From positions 35,836,001 to 35,900,000 of the forward strand of contig OZ024746.1 in assembly GCA_964016885.1 (NCBI GenBank): 64,000 bases of DNA, given 5' to 3'. This stretch comes from Eledone cirrhosa. Taxonomy: Eukaryota. How positions within the stretch are numbered: the stretch's first letter is position 1; each line of letters starts with the position of its first letter. The notes below the pieces were generated by a model that ran no database searches, was not told where the DNA came from, and saw only the letters and a list, made by a program, of their open reading frames with translations. Both the position numbers and the translations under genes were made by a program. This document shows, one piece after another, positions 53,000-64,000 of this stretch.

Positions 53000-54100
53000 T
53001 TGACTTTATATATATTTGTGGTACAGCCAAAGACAATTTCGACATAATGTGTATAACAAATGATTATACTACACGTGTGGTTCTAATTGAACATCCATCC
53101 ACGTGATAAGAAGTAAGGTAAAGATTGTCAGGTAAAATAGCACGATTTGAATTATCTTTTAATCGGTTTTGATATACATTTGTTTATTGTAAGTCATATG
53201 TAGATTGATTAGACGGTCTAGATATTGCAATGGTTTTTTTAAATATTAATTAACATATAATATATAATAAACCTGTCCAATGCTAAATGAGAAATGAAAA
53301 TGACCATCACTGGAACATATCGTCAGCAGACCTCTCTTCCAAAACTATAGCTAAACAAGGATTAAGTTTCTCACTCTGCTGATTCATGCTGTTAATCTAA
53401 GCCACAATCAAGAACAATGATGCTTCTTCAAATATATAACTTCGGAAACGTATAGCGAATTTGTATGCGAAGATTGCCAGTTTTATGCAATGAAATGTGT
53501 GATTAGGCTTTATTATGTTGGAGGAATGTGGACACTACTTCATGAGTTATCATTATTGTCTGCAATGAAATGTGTGTCGATAACCATTGTACTATATTAG
53601 ATTGTTTGAAAGCAACATCGTCATTTTAGAAAACTCTGATATATATTTAGATCCGTTTCTTTTCACGAAATACTGTATACATTGTTCACATTGAAGATCA
53701 CACGCTTATTATTAACTTGACGTTTCACAATGCATCAAAAATCCCCAAATTGGCAATGTGTTTGTATAACGTTGCCGCTCTAATTGTGGAATATCTCGCT
53801 TCATTCTAGCAGCGAGAAAATTAGCTCTGCCCAAAATTTCTGACACTCCATCAACAAAAGACTCGACATTTTATTGAATAGAACTTTCACGTATTCATTA
53901 AATAGATTGGCATCTGTAAAAGCAACACACCATTTGACACTTACTTGGGAATGATTCCATGGAGTAATTCTGTACGTACAAGACCGTCTTTGTATATGAA
54001 TTCCAAGTGGAGAATTAAACATTAATTGACTTATCAATCTGTGATTTCCTCAAATACTCACAGGTGAAAATCTGCCTATTTAATTTTTCAAGCATGTCAT
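53000..54100 (-). pseudogene. Possible decayed Helitron helicase (motifs I-III)
   Basis: Only eroded motif-like text (FTDA.., KLIISV). Needs an HMM search to confirm. Confidence 0.25.
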
Positions 54101-54693
54101 AACAAACAATACGGTTGATAATTAGATGTTTGGACTGCCATGTAATTCAAGATTATTTAACATAATTACGTTAATTTGTGGAACTGAATGTGTAGCGTTA
54201 TTCATTTTGTGAGCGAAATATAGAACATTAGCAATAACACAGAAATCCACTGAAACTTACGGAATTCGGATTGCCTCATATATACACACAGCAAGCATAT
54301 CCCTCCCATAATAGATGACGACAGGTTTGGTTGCCTGGAATTCTATCTAAAATTGATATCCCTAACTTATAGAAAGTTTAAACTACGAAATATATTCGCA
54401 GTTCATTCGATCGTCTTCTATATTCTCCAGTAACATATATTTCACAATATATATGAAGAATTCTACACCTACGTGACGTATATTCTAACAGTTCGTTAAG
54501 TAATTCTATTTTAAGGAAATTTCTTTTGCGCTTCATTTGCTCTTTCTTTACAATTCAAACATTCAAGAGGTAATTTTGAATAATATCAAACAAATCTGGG
54601 TAGCTGCTGAAAAATAAATACATGAATTCATTGTGGTTTTTCTCACAGCACATGAGTTGTGAGAAAAACCACAGACCCTCCATCTCAACTATA

Positions 54694-54729
54694 CTTTTGA
54701 AAAGCAGAAGAACTGCGAAACCGGTAAAG
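54694..54729 (+). ncRNA. Minimal hammerhead with a U3-A8 core variant
   Basis: CTT-TTGAAAA-GCAG-AAGAA-CTGC-GAAA-CCGG-TA-AAG, with a palindromic ACCGGT stem III and a GUA site. Confidence 0.7.
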
Positions 54730-54903
54730 GAACCAAACAAATATATATTTTTTTTTTTAAAAGAAGACTCCAGTTGCATTTTCGATATAATCTTTTTTCC
54801 TTATACTTTCACTCGTTTAGGACACCTCTGTTATTTTTCATTTTGTAAAAAAAAAAACACTTTCTAGTATATATATAAATATATATATTTATTTATATAT
54901 ATA

Positions 54904-54988
<85 letters not shown>

Positions 54989-54989
54989 T

Positions 54990-55180
54990 AACGAAGAAAA
55001 TGTGGTAAGGAACCAGATGTCCCATAACGCACCAAAGTACTCAATACTTAGGGTATTAGAGTGGGTAATAGGAATACGTATGACCCCGACGGCAGAGCTC
55101 AAGCCGTTTCGACGGCTACTTCTGGACCCAGAATTAGCCGTCGAAACGGCTTGAGCTCTGTCGTCGGGGCCAAGCGTGTT
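54990..55180. repeat. Dispersed repeat with a GC-rich hairpin (55084-55169)
   Basis: ccccgacggcagagctcaagccgtttcgacggcta ... tagccgtcgaaacggcttgagctctgtcgtcgggg. Family also at 3618 and 5045. Confidence 0.8.
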
Positions 55181-55289
55181 CCTATATATATATATATACA
55201 CGCATATTTACACGCACAAACACACGCACACACAGACACACACGCACACACACACGCACATATATATATATATATATGTGTATATAAAT

Positions 55290-55338
<49 letters not shown>

Positions 55339-55385
55339 ATATGAGCCTGTATCGATATATTTATGAGTCTCCCTCTGTGTATATG

Positions 55386-55446
<61 letters not shown>

Positions 55447-55449
55447 GTA

Positions 55450-56252
55450 ATTTGAGTTTTTCGAATATTTATAATAATATTCGATTCGTTTGCAATTATG
55501 CAAACACGCCTCATTTTAAAAGCCATGTCAATAGAATGAGCCTCTTATTATTGCCCCTTATTGTTGGCATGTAAACAGTACTGCAAGCACTAATGTTTCT
55601 GGGTATTACCCTTCATCATTACAGTTCATTGTCCACCTGCCAACTGTCTGAAGTAGTGAAAATATATGATATTTTCTAAAATATACAGGGAATGATTTAC
55701 ATATTAGCACACTGGGTGATCAGTCAGATCTGGACATTAGCAGAGCTCCTGATAAGTCATATTTTCATATTAGCAGACTTGCCAGTCAGTATCCTGTATA
55801 CGGATTTGACATATTCAAATAATAAAAATAAAAATTTCGTTTGAAAAGGGGGAATACAATATATGTAATCAGAGATTTTTTGAAATTTCTGTTTTATTTG
55901 AATATAGCAAAGCCGGCCATTGATCGCTCATATACAGGAACCTGACTGGCCAGTGTGCCGATATACAAATCTGGATGATCAGTAGACCTGATAATATGCA
56001 AATCAAGCCAATCAGTCACTGTATATTTTAGAAAATATATATTTTCACTAGCTCTGACAGTTGGCAGGTGAACATTGATCTGTACTGATGAAGGGTAATA
56101 TCCAGAAATCTTAGTGTCTGCAGTTCTGTTTACATGCTAACACAGGAGCAAGAATGTGGGGCTCAATCTACTGACATGGTTTTTAAAATGAGGCTTGTTT
56201 GCATAATTGCAAACGAAGAGAATATCATTATTAATATTCGAAAAACTCAGAT
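55450..56252. mobile_element. Old ~800-bp foldback whose arms each carry a decayed hammerhead (55581-55624 minus; 56080-56123 plus)
   Basis: Arms of about 380 bp are imperfect inverted repeats. Right arm: CTGTA-CTGATGA-A-GGGT-AAT-ATCC-A-GAAA-TCTTAGTG-TC-TGCAG. Confidence 0.75.
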
Positions 56253-56671
56253 AAGATTTATTTTATTCAACCATTTAGAGCGAAAAAATCTGTTTTTAAT
56301 TATATATATATATATATATATCAGTAGTCTAACCTGATTACTTTTTTCATTGATTTGTTATTGTGTGCCGCAATTTTCAATTTGTCAAGCTGTCTAGACG
56401 TATGTTATTACTCTAAGGCCTACAACCTTAGCGAGTGCTTTGCTGCACATTCCTAATTGTAGGTCGTTAGCCCGGCCACAGCCAAAGTTTCGATTTTACC
56501 AAGCTTCCACTTGTATTATATATATCTATATCTATATAGGAAGCAAATAAAATCAATTATGCATGCCTATAAGACTCATTTCTTCACTTATTCGCAGCCT
56601 GTCTATATATTCAATCAATTGTTATTTGTTATTTTATTAATAGTTTTATTTTCATATACCTGTATGCAAAC

Positions 56672-56722
56672 TCCCCATTTGTATTTGTCCCTTCTTCTGT
56701 GTCCTTGTGGCTAATAAAGAAA
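56672..56722 (+). mobile_element. Short 3' tip of an L1/Tx1 element
   Basis: cccatttgta ... ttgtggctaataaagaaa matches the 3' end at 6722-6798. Confidence 0.5.
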
Positions 56723-57114
56723 TTTATCTATATATTTGTATTCTCAATAATACTACAAACATTATGAGAGGAAAACGAAGTCTTTGTGTAAAGTCGTATA
56801 TAGGGATATAATAGACAATGATATTATAATGGTATTACCCAATATTTATCACTATGTCGGTTGCTTGCGATGCACGTGTTGAGGAATTAATTCTAGTACT
56901 ATTTGAAAATTATGCGTTTTATTGTTCATAATTGTGTGGGTGTAGCATTGAAAAGAGGAAATCTGGATGCCTGTAAAAAAGGGGTGACCCTTAAAACATG
57001 CCTTGTGAAATTATTAATAAATTAGCAAGTATAATGGGTGTTACGTTGACGTAAAATATTAGTTTCTGGGCTTTTCAAGTTGATCTCTCGACTCGAATTG
57101 TATTATTTCATCTA

Positions 57115-57290
57115 GTTTAGAAAGTTGGGCACCATGCCTTGAAGCATAGAGTTATGGCCCTTTAGTTTATGAGGCCAAATTAAGCCAAATTTAGCTTTGC
57201 AATTCATCTTCACGGGATCAATAAAATACAGAACCAGTAACGCATGGGGGGAGATTTAATCGACATACCCCCTCCCAAATGTATTCTTAT
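57115..57290 (+). mobile_element. Degenerate long-form SINE
   Basis: ccatgccttgaagcatagagttatggccc ... ttcatcttcacgggatcaataaaatacagaaccagta. Confidence 0.65.
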
Positions 57291-57671
57291 GATTATTTTG
57301 TTCGTTCAACGCTTCTCGTCACAAGAGTGTCTATTTAAATGAGACTACTAATCGCCACTATTAATTGGCACAGTTTTGCTGCTAACTCATTTCTCTGTAT
57401 TTTTCGATTGCTACTGCATTATTAAAAGCTAATGATTCTCCGCTTCTCGATCTTTTTCCAATACACCACCACTTGTTGTAGCCGATTGCTCCTGTCAACT
57501 GCTGCATATTGACTGAAGCTCCCAGCAACCGTGTTCCATTCTATGAAAAGAAAAAGACAGCTTTAGGCGTTTCATATAATTCAAAGGAAAATATCAAGTT
57601 TGACCAAAGTTTTTCAACAACTCAGATTTTTCGTTTGAAAATTTATTTTAAGGCAATGCGCACTCGCTCAA

Positions 57672-57768
<97 letters not shown>

Positions 57769-58504
57769 AATATATATTTATTTTGAGAGAGAGAAAAAAA
57801 TAGAGAGACCAAAAAGTGCGAGAGAGTGAGATATTTGTATATATGTTTCAATTTAGAAAATAATTAACGAAACCAACTACTATTTCAGATACCTATATTA
57901 ATATGCCAAAAATATGAATTGTGTGAGAAAAAGAGCAATGCATTTACTTCACATATATAATTTAATTGGTAACATTATATATATTTCGTTACATTTAGTA
58001 TCTGTTTTCAAATTTTCAAATATAGTTCACATTACCGAATTTAGAAATGCAAACTCAGCGAATTTAATTCCGTGATTCATTTAATTCTGTAGTCAGCATG
58101 ATTGGTTAATAATTCAATGTGTAATAATAATATTGAGAAGCATATATGTATATATTTATAAGCTTTTTCTGTGATATATATATATATATATAACATTCAT
58201 AAAGTCACACTTATTACTGGAATATAAAGATTATGAAACATGCATAAAGTGTGTGAAAAACCTAACTCCATGCTTTACAAATGAACATCTAAATCAATAT
58301 GCGAAGTGTGTTTACTTCTGTCTGATATTGCTTTTTTTCGGGGGGTATTCGATTAAGGCCATGCAGAACAAGGCCTACGCGGATTTTAGTCAATCTTGTT
58401 GCCAATACTATCTCCAAACGTATTTTAATCTAGAAATTATTTGATCGATATCGTTTTAATGTTTCTCTCAGTTATGCTTTTAAAACACACCGTCACACAC
58501 TCCC

Positions 58505-58673
<169 letters not shown>

Positions 58674-59049
58674 AACACACACACAGAAAAAAATGGCACT
58701 GGTGATATATGTTAAACAATGACACGAAATATCTTACATTCAAACACACAAATACCCACACACTAATACACATACACATACATAATAAAAGACACACATA
58801 TATTTAATATAAGTGTATTTCTTGTCGATGTAGCTCTTGTCGACCAAACCGATCTAGAAAACATTGGTTAACCCGATGATGCAGTAGAAAATATTCACGT
58901 TGTAATAGAATATGAAATCCCCATATATCTAGTGATGAAAATGTGAAGCTCCTAGTTTTATTGACTTGCCGGTGACTGATTGACTACATATAAAAATACA
59001 CTCAAACACATTCCAAGCATACCTCTCTCGCTCATGAAATCCAAGCAAA

Positions 59050-59300
59050 CATTGCACATTTATGATGTTGTCATTCCTTAAATTTTCCAATTTGTTGGCA
59101 CACATTAACAGAAAATCGTATAATCATGCTTACAAAGTTAACATTAACAGCGATATATCGACTGGTGTTATGATCCAAACAATATCATCCACCATACAAC
59201 ACTATGTTGAATATACTTGTACATGCGGGCTCCCACGAATATTCATGTTTTGTAAGGAATATTTGTATGTAGCACCTAACCTCCCCTATTCGTTTTTATA
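59050..59300 (-). pseudogene. Possible decayed Helitron/Helentron Rep (HUH) fragment
   Basis: Reverse complement GRLGATYKY...RGSPHVQVY resembles Rep motif 2 (EFQ.RGSPH.H). Confidence 0.3.
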
Positions 59301-60724
59301 TTAGGTAAAACAGATATTTTCAGAAAATGAATGCAATTTCCCCTTTTCATCGACTTAGAAGAAATACATTATTTTCTGTTTCAAGGTTAGAACAAATAAT
59401 TTATACCACAAATAATTTATAACACAAAGACGAATGAGAAAAATTCGAAATTGCATGAATGCATATGGGTGTGTTTTGGAAATTGAACATGTAGGTATAT
59501 GTGAAAATGCAAATCATCACATGGGGTTTTGTTTCATATTCGTATTTGTACATTGAAGAAAATGGCAAAGAAAATATCTGAAAATATCGTCAGTGAATGA
59601 TAACACTCCTAAAATCATGTCACATTCATTCCTGCATTCTGTTCGTGTTACTTCATCAAACTCCAATCACTATTTGTATCTAATTACAAACGCTAGTAAG
59701 GTATACTACATTCCATAAATCAGAATGTAACTCTTTATATACGGAATTTCTGCATTGTTCTTCTTTCATGGAGAGTGTTGAATAATCAATCGTCTAGATA
59801 AATAATATATCGTTGTTGCATGGTAAAATGCAATATTATGTCGGTTCTAAACAATATCAACAGAGGCCGACAACAGCCATGATAACACCTTTGAAGAAAG
59901 CTTGGTCAGAGGCGAGTGTGGATTTCCTCTTATATGTTGACTAAGCACAGTACCAAACAACATCGAACTGCTTGTTGATTTACACATTGGAATGAAAAGG
60001 AAAATTGACAAGGTGGAATATTTAGAGAAGTTATTAGAACACATAGTAAAATGTAATGTGTGGAAGAGCTGTATAAGTTAGTGCATGACCGGTGCTCTCA
60101 GAAGCATTACCTACTTTTAAATATCTAAAGCATATCCTACGCCATATTAAAATCAGCATGAAACAATTTAATAAGATTGAACCGCTGTGGGAGACAAAGG
60201 GAAAAGTTAATATGGATTATGTTTTAGACACACTATACAGTTACAATGAATGACTTCACATGAAAAGACGTAACAATAATGTCTCAGTCCTTGATACATT
60301 CAGCGAAAAGTAATTAACGTGCGAGGAATTAAAGCAGATCAATCTCTATTTTTTTAGATAATCAGTAGTTCCATCTTGCACTGTTTCATTTCACTTGGAT
60401 TAATGTGGACTAGACGTGTGTGCACGGGAATCATTTCACTTGGTTTAACATTTTATAACATTAGAACCTAATTAATTAACTTCCCATCGTTCTATCATAA
60501 CAATATATCACATTACTTCAAGTCATATTGTATCATGTTACATAAATTACTAAAGAGTTGCAGGACATTTTAGCGGGTTCGCCAATTCGGCGACTAGTTA
60601 GTGATAGCAGTTACTGTTATTTACCACTCAGGTATCTCAAGTTATGCTACATTATAATGATCCCATAATTTTTGCTTAGGCTCCTATATTTAAGGAACGT
60701 ACCTAGAACATAGAACATAATATC

Positions 60725-61390
60725 ATTATTGCTCCCACCAACCTGAGGTATCTGATTTTTAATGCGATGAAATACCAATGATGGTTGGAAAATCACTGAC
60801 GAAGGACTATTTTTATCATATGTAACCCATGTGCAAACCACGCAGTATTCTTCTTTCTTCACATGTTTTTTATATATATTTACCTCGGCTGCGTTTGTCT
60901 GTTTCTCTCTTACTGCTTCTCCGCTCTCTCTGTTTCTCTCACCTTCTTTCGCCCCCTCTGTTACACTTTCTCTCGACTGACTTCTTCCTCACACTTCCAA
61001 TCACTCACTCTCTGTATCTCTCCTTCTCACTTCCTCCAGTTTGGCTTGTGTGGGTCTCTTCTTGCTCACATCTCACACACATCAACACGGTCTGTACCTC
61101 TCTCGCTCATGAAATCCACCCAGGTTTTGCTGACCGGACAACCATGTTGCTTGTTTATTTTTCTATCTTCGGTTTGATTTTCTCCTTCTATGTTGTTTAC
61201 TTGTCCCCCTCGCCTTACGCGAATTCTGGTCCCAATAACTTTTTTTAGTTATTGCTCGCACCAACCTGAGGTATCTGATTTTTAATGCGATGTAATACCA
61301 ATGATGGTTGGAAAATAACTGATGAAGGACTATTTTTATCATATGTAACCCATGTGCAAACCACGCAGTATTCTTCTTTCTTCTCATATA
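60725..61390 (+). mobile_element. Non-coding element with ~135-bp direct terminal repeats (period 523 bp)
   Basis: 60725-60860 is repeated at 61248-61383 around a CT-rich spacer. Same family as 2272-2900. Confidence 0.8.
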
Positions 61391-62130
61391 TATTTTTTTT
61401 TTCCACATAATACATATTGTTAGCACCCCAAACACTTAAATTGGGTTTATATTAAAATATAACCTAATGTTTGTTGAGTGAGATGGTTACCAGTCAGAGA
61501 TTAGCTTTAAACTATCTCTGTTATTGTATTAATAATTTATATATATATATGTAGTTAGGGAAGCAGAACATTGATTATTGTAATCCGGTTCGTGGCTAAG
61601 ACAGCCAGTTTCATGGAGGGTTTCAATGTACGGTTAGGGGTAACTCCACAAGTTTGTAAGAATCACGTTCAATCTTGGAGTGTAAAGGATAAAAGAGAAA
61701 ACACAGTTAAGCATTAAAAAAAAGGATTTTATCCAGGTATTTACGACCGTATCATTGTTAAGTGCAACCTTATATTGTTATACTGCAAATAGCAGCCAGT
61801 CAATAATAATTGTAGTACACGTCCAAATTTTCAAAATAGTGAATAAGTTACTCTTAACAAGTTCTTAATATATAGAGAAAAACATCTTTTGGAATTGTAT
61901 TTGCTAATATAGAGAGAGAGGAAGATGAATTAGAAAGTGGAGGGACAAAGGCAGTAGTATAGAGAGAGAGGAAGGGGGAGACTAATTAGGAAGTAGGGTG
62001 ACACACTGAGAGGGAGGGAGGGTGTGTTTGGAAGGAATATTTGATCAGTTTTGATATATGTAGACATGATGTCGTCGATTTAGTGTGTAGTGAGTTAAAG
62101 AGAATTAAATTGTTTATAGTGGGAGGGATG

Positions 62131-62211
<81 letters not shown>

Positions 62212-62599
62212 TAGAGAGATAACTATATATATATATATATAAGAAAAAAAAAATAAATACAATAAAATACAGAAGGGGGTGGGGGGAAGAAAATACATAA
62301 AAAAAGGAGAGAGAAGAAAGGAAGAACACGAAAAGAAATAGAAAAGGAATGAAGGAGAAGGGAGGGAAATAGGTATCGGTTTTTGTGGGTAATTAAAGGG
62401 GTTATATATATATGTGTGTGTATATATATGTGTATTTGAATATGAATATGAGCTTATTTCTCTGTCTGTTATATATGTGTGTGTGCATGTGTATGTTTAA
62501 TGCTTGTGGACCACTGAAGACGCATTTGATTAAGGAAATATATTGTACTCATGTCCATTGAAAATAATGATGGACTCCATTGATTGTTATAGGATCTAA

Positions 62600-63100
62600 A
62601 ATATATTGTAAACATCATACCGAGGGGAGAAATGTCAATGTGCTAGCGTTGACAGTATAACAAAAAATCACGAATTGATATGGGACTTCTGGTGCCCTGT
62701 GCACTAACGACCGCAGGTGAATATCACGGTGCTAGTAGCAAATTATTTGAATGTTTTTAATGCTGTTACCCCATTACTATTTAGATGTACCTCCAGTTCA
62801 ATACATCAAGTGCACATTCGCATCACGCGCATACACACAGAAAGAGAAAGACATAAGAAAACGTGCATATACAGCCACGGACCAACAATCATAAAATACG
62901 AACATATAACGGATGATGCAAACGAAGATGTGTTGTACATTAATATTTCGTTGGTTCAAGTGTATGCAGTTGTCGGTGTATTGGACTTTTATCACTTCAG
63001 ATAAGGGTTGTTCTAGTTGTTTGATCAATATACACGTTAAGCTAACGAGCAAGTCGTTATGCACACCACATATTAATGTACAATTCCCTTAATTTTAAGG
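62600..63100 (-). pseudogene. Possible decayed Helitron helicase fragment
   Basis: QYTDNCIHLNQRNINVQHIF weakly resembles the YP.EFLN.L....P.H.L segment of PIF1-type Helitron helicases. Confidence 0.25.
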
Positions 63101-64000
63101 AAAATTATACGTCACAAAATATATAGCGAGAGCGAAACATAGAATCACAGTTACACAATCCTACACCTAATTGGAGTGGAGGAACCTGAAACGAAATTCA
63201 TGCTCATCGACACAAAGAACTGCCAAGAATTAGATTCACGAACTTATGGTCGTAATCATAGGGCATTAACCATTAACATGCATCTTCACTAGTCGCAGGT
63301 ATGTTAGAATATTGATGTCCTATATTCCACCGTTCATATATAAGCTATTCAATAGTATATTATTATATTCCGTTCATAGAAAAAACAGAATCTTCTACTG
63401 TATTGAAAATCTGATTCATAAATCCTCTTCATAACATAATATAATCTAACATCCATTTTTTTCTTTTATCAGAGAAACGATATGTACCCAGCATATAAAA
63501 TGAAATAGACGACAGTAAGAATATACATATAATAGATATGGGAAAACACATATATAGAGCACCATATATATGCAGACACAAACGTGCATACAAAAATCAA
63601 TGTGTTATCAGAACAAATGAAGTGGTTTTATGATAAATATTACCAATATAGACAGACACTAACGGTCACGTAAGTATGGATATATCATACAATATAATGT
63701 TATTTACCTCTATTGTGAATTGCGTTTGTTTCATCAATAATATAATTGGTCGTAGGTAAATGGTGCTATCTATATATCTATATATCTATATATCTAACAT
63801 TTAGATAAGCGGAACAAGCAAGATTGAAACGATTTTTTTAATAAATTAAAAAATATAATTTAAATATTTACCTATTCCAATTGCTTTTACCGACGGTTTC
63901 ACTTCACAAAAGATTGGAGATCCCTAGGGACTTCCACGGAAAAGTTTAGATCTTCAGAAAGCATTTTCCTTTCCCAGGACAAAAAGTTCCAGGTACGGCA

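Noticed and set aside
55450-56252. DNA-transposon MITE interpretation
   Set aside because: No clear TSD or superfamily TIR signature, and both arms carry hammerhead motifs. Not fully excluded.
62508-62550. CTGAAGA...GAAATATATT hammerhead candidate
   Set aside because: Stems I and II do not pair convincingly. At best a relic.

Overview
AT-rich, microsatellite-saturated eukaryotic DNA with no host protein-coding gene that I can support. The dominant tRNA-derived SINE resembles octopod cephalopod SINEs, so the source is probably an octopus-like mollusc (inference). Most ORFs in the track are (TA)n, (CA)n or (TTC)n artefacts. The real coding remnants are all retroelements: an L1/Tx1 3' end with a 15-bp TSD (5621-6798), a near full-length R4/Dong RLE-type LINE in a (TAA)n tract (6869-10210, minus), an RTE endonuclease (10269-11160), a CsRN1-clade Gypsy LTR element (12259-17447), and Penelope-like (PLE) GIY-YIG elements (1-611; a 1.86-kb palindrome at 27066-28927). 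The main hidden signal is RNA structure. Reading both strands by eye gives about 15 type I hammerhead ribozyme (HHR) motifs, intact or decayed, from several sequence families. They include a non-coding 420-bp tandem repeat with one minimal HHR per unit (retrozyme-like, 18330-19860), U3-A8 core variants, and a speculative scrambled hammerhead in a direct-repeat element. Many sit in head-to-head palindromes anchored in (TA)n. PLE hammerheads and retrozymes are known classes, so any novelty lies in these particular families, core variants and architectures. All calls are by eye and untested.
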